From: Nemertoderma westbladi
Taxonomy: Eukaryota > Animalia > Xenacoelomorpha
Direction: 5' to 3'
DNA length: 64,000 bases
NCBI GenBank assembly: GCA_032718475.1
Contig: JAUCBJ010006988.1
Span: forward strand, 146,075 to 210,074
Below the pieces are notes generated by a model. The model did no database searches. It was not told where the DNA came from and was given only the letters and a program-made list of their open reading frames with translations. The position numbers and the translations under genes are program-made. Position 1 is the first letter of the stretch, and the number at the start of each line of letters is the position of its first letter. Shown here piece by piece: positions 26,293 through 38,500 of the stretch.

Positions 26293-26725
26293 TGTTAAAA
26301 CAGATGTAACAATAATTCTAACTTTATTACAAATAGCAAACAAATTACGAAATAAAGCACAAAGATAATCTAGTGATCGATGAAGATGTCTAAGAAGTGA
26401 AATACATAATAACTAATAAGGTAGTAGTGAAGTAAATCGCACAAACGCACCTTTATATAGTGAATTAGTGCTGCCAATAATCTAGACAAATCTAGATAAT
26501 TCTATAGGTTCCATTACGTTTTTAAAGATAACCATTGGTCCAACAAACGCATAACTTGCACGACATTGGTTACTGTCAAATAACTGCAATTACATTGGTT
26601 AATCTACCTTGAGACTATCAAACGATTTTCTAACGCATAACCAACTGAGCTACTGAACCACTTGAGTAATGTTGTACAAATAGCTATACCAAATGCAAAT
26701 GAGAACTTAATGTAATCTTATAACA
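26293..26725 (-). mobile_element. Possible LTR remnant of an unrelated retroelement
   Basis: TG...CA bounded. On the minus strand there is a TATA-like ctatataaagg (~26451-26461) and AATAAA ~30 nt before the end. No partner LTR or TSD was found. Confidence 0.3.
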
Positions 26726-27719
26726 TATGAACCTATCAAATAATGCAAATTAATTCCAACTAAATAAAATTTTGAAATTTCACGGCTTTTGTGGGGATAT
26801 AATTCTATAGCCGTAGACATAAAATATGCTCCAAGCAACCCCTACCTTTAAACGAACCAATCTGACATTTATTTATTTTAACCCATTTATTATTAACAGT
26901 GATGCTGTAATTTTACTCACAGCAGTATCAAATGTAAGCCTCCAGTAAAAAGGCCATAACAAATATCCGATATCGTTTGCACATAATCCAAAATAAATTG
27001 GCGTGCAGGTTGTATTATAGTAACCCACGAGAATTAAAATGCATTCATTCGTTTTGCACTGCAATTGTCAACTCAAACTCTTTCATAATTTAATTTAAAG
27101 ATTAAGTATAATAAGAGCAATAAAATAATTTATGTTCTTGTGAAATATTACTATGTACAGTTTCTATATCCACGGAATCACGTTAGGACTTCTTATTAGA
27201 AGTTTCGTTAATAAAAATAAAAAATTAAATGTGAGTATAATAAAAATATGGAGTCGAATTCTTTGGTAAATTTCTAATATTATTATTGGCAAACCGATGA
27301 TTTGCTTGTTTATTGAGGTAGTAGATTAAGTCATAGCATATTGATTGGTATAGTATACACCTTAACTGTAAAATATCCACCCCCCTCCCAAAAACAACTT
27401 GCCGTGCTCTACAAACTGCTCCTTTACTAACATGCATAATCTTGTACACATTTTTGAACTTTCGTTTATTTTTTTGGTTATATTCACCCGCCAGCAATTC
27501 TCTGTAACTTTTTATATTCCTTTACTTTCCTGTATAATCTTGTATCTATAAAACTAACTTATGCCTACACTCTACAGTATAGGGTATACTTGACTTCCAT
27601 GCACACTGTTGATGAAATTACAATAAGTACAGAACTCGGCCACTAGATTAGTCGCAGGTGTAAAGAAGGGAGTTCGCATACAACCAACTTTATATTCACT
27701 ACATTGGTAACCTGTACAC

Positions 27720-29485
27720 TGCCGAATCAAATATAAAATCGCGGTAATAACATACTGTATAAATGCATATATGGGACTGCACACCGGCATATCTCTCGAA
27801 ACGCCTGAACCCGTACACACCGTCTAGAAATCTACGGTCTAGGGAGTGCAGACTGCTAGCGATCCCCCGATATCGGCTTAATCAGTACGGAAAACGAGCG
27901 TTCTCGGTGTCGGCCTTCACTACGGAAAGCGAGCGTTCTCGGTGTCGGCCGTCACTACGGAAAGCGAGCGTTCTCGGTGTCGGCCGTCACTACGGAAAGT
28001 GAGCGTTCTCGGTGTCGGCCGTCACTACGGAAAGCGAGCGTTCTCGGTGTCGGCCGTCACTACGGAAAGTGAGCGTTCTCGGTGTCGGCCGTCACTATGG
28101 AAAGTGAGCGTTCTCGGTGTCGGCCGTCACTACGGAAAGAGAGCGTTCTCGGTGTTGGCCGTCACTACGGAAAGCGATCGTTCTCAGTGTCGGCCGTCAC
28201 TACGGAAAGCGAGCGTTCTCGGTGTCGGCCTTCACTACGGAAAGTGATTGTTCTCGGTGTCGGCCGTCACTACGGAAAGCGAGCGTTCTCGGTGTCGGCC
28301 GTCACTACGGAAAGTGAGCGTTCTCGGTGTCGGCCGTCACTACGGAAAGCGAGCATTCTTGGTGTCGGCCGTCACTACGGAAAGCGAGCGTTCTCGGTGT
28401 CGGCCGTCACTACGGAAAGCGAGCGTTCTTGGTGTCGGCCGTCACTATGGAAAGCGAGCGTTCTCGGTGTCGGCCGTCACTACGGAAAGCGAGCGTTCTT
28501 GGTGTTGGCCGTCACTACGGAAAGCGAGCATTCTTGGTGTCGGCCGTCACTACGGAAAGCGAGCGTTCTCGGTGTCGGCCGTCACTACGGAAAGCGAGCA
28601 TTCTTGGTGTCGGCCGTCACTACGGAAAGCGAGCGTTCTCGGTGTCGGCCGTCACTACGGAAAGCGAGCGTTCTCGGTGTCGGCCGTCACTACGGAAAGC
28701 GAGCATTCTTGGTGTCGGCCGTCACTACGGAAAGCGAGCGTTCTCGGTGTCGGCCGTCACTACGGAAAGAGAGCGTTCTCGGTGTTGGCCGTCACTACGG
28801 AAAGCGATCGTTCTCAGTGTCGGCCGTCACTACGGAAAGCGAGCGTTCTCGGTGTCGGCCTTCACTACGGAAAGTGATTGTTCTCGGTGTCGGCCGTCAC
28901 TACGGAAAGCGAGCGTTCTCGGTGTCGGCCGTCACTACAGAAAGTGAGCGTTCTCGGTGTCGGCCGTCACTACGGAAAGCGAGCATTCTTGGTGTCGGCC
29001 GTCACTACGGAAAGCGAGCGTTCTCGGTGTCGGCCGTCACTACGGAAAGCGAGCGTTCTTGGTGTCGGCCGTCACTATGGAAAGCGAGCGTTCTCGGTGT
29101 CGGCCGTCACTACGGAAAGCGAGCGTTCTTGGTGTCGGCCGTCACTACGGAAAGCGAGCATTCTTGGTGTCGGCCGTCACTACGGAAAGCGAGCGTTCTC
29201 GGTGTCGGCCGTCACTACGGAAAGCGAGCATTCTTGGTGTCGGCCGTCACTACGGAAAGCGAGCGTTCTCGGTGTCGGCCGTCACTACGGAAAGCGAGCG
29301 TTCTCGGTGTCGGCCGTCACTACGGAAAGCGAGCGTTCTCGGTGTCGGCCGTCACTACGGAACGTAAGCGTTCTCGGTGTCGGCCGCTACTATTTGGAAT
29401 TCACTTCCACGAGAACTGCGCGATGCTCAATTTCTATCAATTTTAAAAAGTAAATTAAAAACACATATTTTTAACCTAAAATATA
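27720..29485 (+). mobile_element. 3' fragment of an L2/CR1-group LINE ORF2, split by a satellite
   Basis: RIKYKIAVITY / PAYLSKRLNPYTPSRNLRS..LLAIPRYRLNQYGKRAFSVSA before the array and ATIWNSLPRELRDAQFLSILKSKLKTHIF after it, the typical L2/CR1 ORF2 C-terminus. Confidence 0.85.
27886..29386. repeat. 35-bp satellite (tacggaaagcgagcgttctcggtgtcggccgtcac), ~43 units
   Basis: Head-to-tail units with no spacers. The variant series recurs at a 630-bp (18-unit) offset, e.g. 28140/28770. Confidence 0.97.
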
Positions 29486-30143
29486 ATAATTTATAATGTT
29501 ATGTAGTGGTAAAGAAAGAATTCTTAATCAATAATAATTCTAAATTTTTAAATTGCATTGAACACAAATAAATTTGGGTCCTCCTGTTTTTTCACTTAAT
29601 TGTGATTTGCACACCGCTCATATATTTTTACTTTTGATTTTACTTTTATATTATTTCCATTATTCTTACACTTGATTTTATTTCATATCTTATTATTACT
29701 CTCTACACTTTCAATATTTCTTCAACCTGTCAAGAATTTATTTATATATTTTTTTATTACACAACGTTTGTGTTTGCATTGTATTATTTTATTTGGAATA
29801 AGTTCTTATAAAAATTAAACAAACGCAATAATGAATTTATAATAATAAAAAAATAAAAAGTAACTTTTATTAAATTTCTTAAATTTAATTTAATTTCTTA
29901 ATTATTTCTTATAAAAATTAACTTTTATTCGTAATTAATAATCCGTTTTAAGTGATGAGCGATTTTAGATTTTATTTATAATTATAATGTATTTTATTTT
30001 ATTACAATGTAGTTATTTTATAACTGTTCAGTTGTCCCTATATGTTAAGTTGTCGTGCTTTATGATGTCATATATTTTCTAAGCGCCTTCATTTTCTGTA
30101 CCTTTGTAAAGGCGCTCTATAAATTATTATTATTAAGGTGTGG

Positions 30144-30240
30144 GTGTGGGGCGAGTAACGAAATAAACGACCCTAGCATACGGATACCCCTGCACCGTTG
30201 TCTGTCAGTCGGCCTGTTGGTCTGTCTGTCAAATGTTTGA
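30144..30240 (-). mobile_element. 3' end of a HINE/DINE-1-like element related to 50499-53113
   Basis: gtggggcgagtaacgaa..gaccctagc plus gtctgtctgtc microsatellite resembles the reverse complement of gacag repeats...gctaaggctc..ttcgtggctcgccccac at 53030-53112. Confidence 0.5.
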
Positions 30241-30710
30241 TGGTTAATAATTCATTCAATCTTTGATGAAATTGAGTCTGTCGAAAGTTAGAAATATAAT
30301 TTGCGCGGGGGGACTCAGCAGTTCTACTGTCTCACGCGTGAGGGCGACTATGTCTAGACGATGTTATATAAGTTTATAACTTACAAAAAATCACTTATTT
30401 AATTTATACCTCATGGGTTAATAATAATAATATGAATAATAATAAGGCTATGGTCTTATTTGGGTAATGAAATATGCCTGTCAAATGTACCGTTTTCTAT
30501 TGTTTATTATCATACCACGATTTAACACAAATTATACACAGCTGTGTATTCACTCCAACGTGGTGAGTCCAGGGGCGGTATTCATAGAGTTAGTATTAGT
30601 TACAGCTACTTAGTGACAGCTTTTAGTAAGAGCTGCAACTATGTTTAGTAAGAGCATTGACGTAACTTTGTTTCAACTAGCTCTTAATAAATATCGGTAT
30701 TCAAAAACTC

Positions 30711-31822
30711 TACTACTACTACTACTACTAGGATCGGCATGCCTCATTTTTAAGAATGCCCTGCCGGCTTGTCGACAAAATTGCGCCGCCACAACTCCCT
30801 ATCACCCATGACATTTGCTAGATCAGCCGCATCTTCAATGCCAGTGTCCTTTAAGATGCGTCTCAAGAAAGTCATGGGCTGTCCACCATGCTTATTCACT
30901 CCATGAGGCTGCTAAAGTACAAGATTAGGCACTGGCTGGTCCTCACGGCGAAACCAAATGTCCTGCAAAGCGGAGGCGATTTTGTTCTAGTGTCAAGCTT
31001 GGGGGAACCAATGAGAAACCTCCAATGTTATATAGTTTCTGGTTGGAGATGTGTGCATTGTACTTGACACAATGAACCCGGTGTAGCATTCTTGTGAATG
31101 TACCATCCAGAGATTTGGTGTCCTCAGCAGTTAGAGCCCAGCATGGACTTCCATAGAGGAGTACATGAACTACTGCTGCTCTAAATAATCGGACCTTAAG
31201 TTTCCGATTAATTATCGGTGACTTCCAAATCCTGGAAATCCTATTCAAGGCTGCCCATGCGTATTCGAAGGTATTCGAAGGTCCTCACCTAACTTCCGGA
31301 TCCATGATCCCAGGTAACAGAAGTCGTCCACATGCTCAAGCATACCATCCTTTGAGCTTATGCTCATCCGATCAGAGACTTGCTGAGGACTTTCAAAGTT
31401 AACTGTCAAAATTTTGGTCCTTCTGGAGTTAATTTAAAGACCAACACCAGAAGCAGCATGTTCTAATGAGCTGAGGAGCCGTTGGGCTCCCTCTAGTGAT
31501 TCTGAGAGTACTCCTAAGTCATCAGCAAAGTCTAGATCAGTTAGGTACTTGGCAGGATTTCCTCGACTTCTGGTGTCAGTAGGTGGAGTTAGTTATCATC
31601 ACCCCATCTTCATTATGATGATCTAAGGACATGCGTAGAACATAGTCAACAACAATTATGAACAAGAATGGTGCAAGTGTGTATCCCTGGAGGACGCTCC
31701 ATAACACTTCAAATGGTTCTGTGTCACCGTCAACAGTAGACACAAATGTTGTGGAACCATCGTATACTGATCTGATTGCTGCAATAATTTCATCAGGAAT
31801 CCCATATAATGAAAGTATGCTC
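30711..31822 (-). mobile_element. 5'-truncated, decayed RTE-like non-LTR retrotransposon
   Basis: The minus strand encodes VLQGYTLAPFLFIIVVDYVL, DLDFADDLGVL and KVRLFRAAVVHVLLYGSPCWALT...RLRFAGH, with a (TAG)n 3' tail at 30711-30730. Confidence 0.85.
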
Positions 31823-32501
31823 TAACCGAAATTTAATATTCTGAATTGTCAAAATCATGCTATCACAGGCCTTGCTCTCCAATTGGACAGTTTAGTTTAT
31901 TAGCAAATATTGACTTTTAGAAATATGATTCACAATTGACGAATTAAAAAATATTGTATTGTTATTATTGGCAATTTTAACTTATTATTAATTAACTTAT
32001 TAATTATTAATAAGAATTTATAATAATAAATTAATATTAATTATTAATAACTTATACTTATTTCCATGGCAACGGGAATGTAAACAAATTCAAATGTAAA
32101 ATATTTGGATAGACTTTTATTTCATTTAATCACCTACCAAATATGAAGGAAAATATCCATTGTCGCCTTGAAATACAGGCGAGCCAAGCATGAAATTTGC
32201 ACATTGAAAGACACTGAAAGACATTTTATTACATTTCTATGAACAACCCTAGTCATCATATCCACCTAACAAAAGTAGCATAAAAGAAGTTTCTAAGGAA
32301 ATATTATGAAAATAGTGCCATAAATATGGAAAACATCGGCCTCCGCTAATTTCATCAATCCGCTCGCTGAATGACCTGTTATTTAGTACACCTTGAGTTC
32401 AATCTAACTGTATTGTGTAACACAATGTCGCTATATCTTTTATTAAATACTGCAATGAGCCACAAAAAAGTACCAATTAAGAATAAATTACATACTAGGC
32501 C

Positions 32502-33618
32502 TGTAAAAGCTTTTGCGGACACAACAAGTCATTTTTCCCCGCAACGTACCGTGTAGGTGCTTTAGCGGACATAACAAGTCATTTTTGCCGCAATGCGCCT
32601 AATACTCTAAAAGACTGGAGCTCAGATGACGAAATCTGTCAGCTGATTTTCTGTAAACGTGGAACCTCTTTGTTCTGCTCAGCCAATCAGAGCGATTTTC
32701 ATTTTATGTTGGACAAGGGCCTACGGAAACCCGCGCAATGCATTACGGTCTTTGTTTACCTTTTCTGAGCCTCAGAACACCGGCTAAGAATTCTTCTGTG
32801 CTTCTGTAGAAGTTAGAGACTTTGGCCAAAACATTAGATGGCTTTGATTACAAGAACGTAAATCTATTATCTGAACAAACTACAATCCAAACTGCTGAAC
32901 TGACTTGCATAAGTAACATATTGATGGTTCACCGCACTATTTTACTTTTGTTTACTGTCTGTTATTAATTGTTGTATATTGATGGATATGTTGTTATATT
33001 TGGAGAATACCGATAAATAATCATAAAACCCCAATCTTCTTGATTACTGAAGGTAAGAGGGACCGGTTACCTGTAGCAATTGCGACTTACATTATAGTTA
33101 TTTTGTGTGAATTAAATGCTATTTCATAATCCCTACATGTGTCAGTCGCTATCCTCCTTATATATGATCAAATTCAGTGACGGTCGGCAGATCAGTGTGA
33201 AGTAGTGTGAAGTCGTGTGAAGTAGTGTGACAGATAATAAAGCATCTCCTAAAGAATGCGCTATTTACGAAACTCAGTGGCCATCTCGTTGTGTTTAGTA
33301 TAAGTCATAACTCTGTTTTATATACTTAAAGAGCCACGTCCTAAAGGAACTGTTAATATTTCCCCGAAAGTGAATAATATTGTCAGAAATTATATAGTAA
33401 CGATCAATCGAATAATACAGTAGGTCTGCACCGCAATAACTTTCAAAGCACCCGAATCCAGTCTCCCTTAACAGTGGGTGAATAATCGCGCATAGACTGG
33501 CTTCGGCTAATGTAACTTCATGTGCACCAAATAATTGTTATAGGCTAAAGTCGATTTATAAACAAGAGGACAACTAAAATTGGCAGGTTAAACTGCTAAA
33601 GGTCTGAAAGCGAGAACA
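32502..33618 (+). repeat. 5' LTR of copy 2 (1117 bp)
   Basis: TGTAAAAGC...gaaagcgagaaCA; matches the 3' LTR with roughly 15 differences by manual count. Confidence 0.95.
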
Positions 33619-33629
33619 ATAATAGATTT
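33619..33629 (+). promoter_or_regulatory. Non-tRNA primer-binding site candidate ATAATAGATTT (complementary to LTR 32860-32870)
   Basis: Exact reverse complement of AAATCTATTAT at 32860-32870. Pairing extends past a small internal loop (gttctt with aagaac). Confidence 0.72.
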
Positions 33630-35592
33630 TGTTCTTTATTGCACAGTAGGCAATAAATATAGTTGTCTATTGTTCTGGTAAGAACAATAATAGATTTTAG
33701 TTTCGTTATTGCACCGTAGGCAATAAAGTCGAAGGTACCGGTCGAACGGTAAGCTGTAGGCCTAACTGCCCAACTACCCGAACTGGTACTTACAGGTACA
33801 ACATTATTATTCGATTTTGATAATTATATACCGGTAGGTCTTAATATTTAATCAGGGATGGCCGCCCTGGTTTTTTATTGGGATTTTACTTATTTCTTTC
33901 AGTTTTGTCTATCTGTAAGTGTAATATTGAGCAGAAGGCGTGTAAGCCTGCTCAAATTGTATAAATAATTTGTAGGCTGGATTGTTGTCTAGCTGTTGTT
34001 AGGTCTGAAGAGATTGCAGTGTGTGTAGAGTGTATGTCCAATAAAGTACTAGTTAGGAAGGTGGGGGCATCCAGTGTTGTAAGGTAAATCCCCCACGAAA
34101 GAATAAGTCGTACTACTCGGTTAGAACGCCTACTAACTACCCATTTTGGAGTCTGCGTATACTTTAGTTTATTTAGGCTTGACAGTAGTCTGCCAGCATT
34201 TGGTCTGTATTTTGTTTATATAGTCTGCACGGGTAGCGTAATATTTATTATTCAGAGTATATTCGAGTATTCGCAACCTACAACCCCCAAGTTTATTCCT
34301 ACAGTAATTGTGCTTGTTATACATACCGTTATAGTTGAATTAACCCCGGTACTACATCAGGGCTGCTTGGCGTAGGTAAAGACTGGTGATTGTGTGCTCC
34401 GGTCACTCCAGCAGATACCTTGGTTCTTTTGGCTGTTCAAGTACATTTAACTGCTGGTTATTTGTTGTATAAGTACTTGTACCTAATTTAGGGTTTAGTG
34501 TACAGTGCTTTCCGAAAGTAATTAGTGTGTAGGCAGTATATTTGTGTTGTAAAGTGGTTAATAGGCACGTTAGCTCTGGTTGGCTGCGGTAATTAACTTC
34601 TAGGTAAGGACACTCCGGGTACATAACGTAGTACTTATAGTTTAAGACTATAAGTCGTCAGACGGTGGTATTTTCTTATCTGGACAACGCAATTTACTTA
34701 CTACTGCTTTATTGTTTTCAAATACCTTAGTTCCTGTCAGTTTGTAATAACCAGAAATTCTAACTCCTTTTTAGACTGGTTTGTAGATTTCTTGTAAAAT
34801 TACCCTAAAATTTGTACGTGTAACTTTTGGTGTTTATTTAGAGATTGTAATCTCACACTGTAATTGTAAGTAATTTGTAGTAATAAGTAACTTAGTAGAG
34901 TGGAGGTGTCTGTATTTGTGTCTCGCATGCTACTTGTTGGACACTAATACAGATAGTTCTGCATTGCTGGGCGTGCAGCTTTGTGGAAGTGATCCCTTAT
35001 CCAGAAATAATAACATTTATTTCAAACATTGTCAAAACCCATTTTACGGGTATATATATATTATAAATCAACTCAAACAGATTTATAAAATAGTAGGCCT
35101 GTTATACATCAATTAGGTCTTAATATCAGTTGAACTACTGCTTAAATAACAGTAATAAAGTAAAAAGGAAGTAACCCTAAAATTCAGAGATTCAGTTATT
35201 ATAAAATAATTGACATTACCGCTATTTAAGGTAGGCTTATTATATTTATTATATAAATTTAGGCTGAAATTATATACCGGTATTCTGTGACTAATCCTAG
35301 TCTATAATAATACTTATACTATAGGTGTATACCGGTATTTACAGCAGGCTTATTATATATATTTATATAAATTTAGGCTGAAATTATATACCGGTATTCT
35401 GTGACTAATCCTAGTCTGTAATAATACTTATATATATACTACAAGTATACCGGTATTTAATATATTAATATATATCGTGTTACACTGAGTAACGGCATCG
35501 GTAATTAATCACTAGGCTTGCAGCTGATACTGAATTACTAGACTTACTTTAACTGTCGTTATAGTAGTAGGCATTCAACTATCAAATAAATC

Positions 35593-38500
35593 ATGGCTGA
35601 CATAAAACAAAACACTGTCAGATAGTCTCCTCGAAAGAACAGTCTGTGACTCAGATAGAAGTATAAAAAATTGGAGACCGAAGTCCAAGTCCCCTCCTAC
35701 TGTAAGAAAGTTCATCCCTACAGTAGTAGTATCAGACCCTAGGCTAGTGAAGCACCATAGGTCTATCATAGGCACTAGGGCTCAAGTCAAGCGGGACCAA
35801 GAGGCCGCTGTTAAACAGCAGCAGCACCCAAACCGGGAACTTATTTCTCAGCGGCCCGATAACTCCAGTAGTTCAGACACTGTAGAGTTGACACCCGAGA
35901 TCGGAGCAAAGATGGCAGAAGAGGTTTATCCGGATCCACTTCTAATTCTTCCTGGAGCCGTACTCACTAGAGTGTTGATAGCTGTGGAAGAACATCAAAT
36001 CGATTGGGCGAGAAGTAAGCGATCGACCAAGGACAGTTATGCGGGATACACAATGGAGGAACTGAAGTCTATTGTCGAGACGCAATGGAACTTCCCCGGA
36101 CCCGGACTCCCGTTTAACTTATCGGAAGCTGCCTTGGAGGACTTATACAGGTTGGGAGTAGTAAGAGACACTCGAGATCCAGCTGTCTGGAAGAGGTCGG
36201 CAGCGGGATATGTCCAGGGATTCTTCAGCTCTTTGGAGCGCTTAGAGGAACACCTGTTTCAACAACGTCAAGGACCTCAAGAGCAGGGAGAGCTGCTTTA
36301 TCAAGTTCAAGAACGAATTTTACGGATCAGACTAATCCTTTCGGCCTTTGAAGAAGCTTCGAAGAGAAGCCAAGACACGTCGTTGCAAGTGGCCATAAAA
36401 ACTTGGTTCCAACGGGTGAGTCTTAAAGTCCAGGGAACGACACAATGGAAAGCTCAGCTAACCGAGCATATGACCCACGGAGAATCAACAGACGCTACCT
36501 TTTCTCAGGTGGAAAGCGAAGCTATATCAGAGAAACCTCAGAAGAAGGACGCTATTGACATCTTATCTGTCGGACTATCAACGATTTATAGGTGACAAAT
36601 AGCTAAGGAGACGGCTAGCTGGACTTCATCCTAATAGTGAGGGAGCCAAATTTGTGTTGGACTCGTTAGATGTGGAAATATTAGCCGCGGAACAGGCTAA
36701 ATTTGATGAAAGCATCCTCATGGTAATGGATCAAGAAGAACAATTAAAGAAACGGCAAATAGAAGACTGAAAGTCTGCAGCAGCGGTGGAATCTGAAAGA
36801 AAAGCAGCAGCAGCAGTGGCAGAGGCAGAGGCTGAAAGGAAAGCAGCAGCAGTAGCGGCAGAGGCAGAGGCTGAGAGAAAAGCGGCAGAGGCAGAGGCTG
36901 AGAGAAAGGCGTCAGCAGCAGCGGCAGCGGCAGAATCTGAAAGGAAAGCGGCAGTGACAGAAGCAGAACTGAAAGCTTCTGAAGTGACTACCCAACTAGA
37001 GCTGGAGAACCTTCAGGCGAAACACTATTACTTGAGGAAACAAAGGACAGCTACTCAGATGCAGTTGCTAAGTAGATCTACTCCCAGGAGACAGGGATTT
37101 ACATCTTCTGATGAAGGCGATACAACCAATCCTGAAGGCGGAGGAAATATATCTCGTTCCAGCGGACGTAGAAGAATGCCACACCGTCAGAAATTGCCTA
37201 ATTTGCCCCCAGCTGTGAGAAGACAACTAGCTAGTGTAGACTTAGGAAATACAGAATCCACAGACCAAATTATTAGAGTAGAAAGACTCCCTACTATAGT
37301 AGATGGCCTGAAATAATTAGGCCTGTTCTCGAAGCTACCCCCTCTGTGATAGAGACCCCTGTACTTCCAGAACCTAATTCTAAATTCCCTTTGCACAGTA
37401 CTAAACTACCTGTGCCCAGTAGAATAGCCCCTGAATCAATCCCAGTCCTGGACGCCGAGCAAGACATCAACGATTTGTCGCCAGTCGTCCCTCGTCTACC
37501 CGCTACTATGTTGGCGGCTCCCACTTCGGCGGTAGAGTGTGTGGATGAGGGACGGCGGGAGATGGGTCTCCTGCTCGGGCAGCTGAAGGAACATCGCATA
37601 TGTTCATCCCAGCAGGTCCAGGAGTTGGAAGGGACTGTTCAGCAGTTAAAGGGAACAGTAAGAGAGGGTAAGTTAGAGTTTCAAGAAGTGCAGCAGAGTA
37701 TCGCGTTAGAACGCGATAAATTAGTAAATATACAATTGGGTATACCACCACCCCCTGTAACAATGTGTCAACCTGTTAGGTCTGAAGTATTTCATGCGCA
37801 AGGTGTGGAGCCTACACGCATCTATACTGCTAGTGAAGTAGAAACTCCTATAGTTAACCCTATTAAGGTTAATTATAAACCCGTTGATAATGATATTCCA
37901 TATAGACCTGATCCTAATATAACTCGATATTAAATAATACGATGGCCCAAGAAAGTTTTACGCGTCAAATGGCTAGAACCGAAGCCCGTCAAGCGGTAAA
38001 GGTGGGAGAGATCGTCAAGTTCAATGGAGATGAGATGAAATGGTTACCTTTTAATGAGTATTATAAAGTTAACATACAGAACTCTGTACTATCTAACGGA
38101 GAGAAACTTAGATTCCTCATCGAGTGCTTGGAAGGACCTCCCAAGTTAATGGCGTTAAAGTTTATTGGACATCCAGATGGATTAAGACAAGTTTGGGATA
38201 CACTCAACATCAGGTATGGTAATAGGACTAATATAGCTATGTATTTGTATGCGAAATTAGTAGCGCCCCGAAAGTTCCTTAGCACCGGGATTATAGAGTT
38301 TTCCGATGAGATTCAGGAGATCTGTAGACAACTAGATTGGTTAGGTAAGTCTCATGAATATCAGAGTTCCATGGTTGTTGGAGCCGTAGCATCTACTTTG
38401 CCAAAGGGTGGAGTAGGTACTCGTTGGGACAAAAGAGTTCTCTATATGATGGACCAGCAACAAAGAGACCCTACCATGGCTGATCTCATGTCATTCTTAA

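Noticed and set aside
27886-29386. 35-bp repeats as a CRISPR array
   Set aside because: The units are head-to-tail with no unique spacers, there are no cas genes, the context is eukaryotic, and the unit derives from LINE coding sequence.
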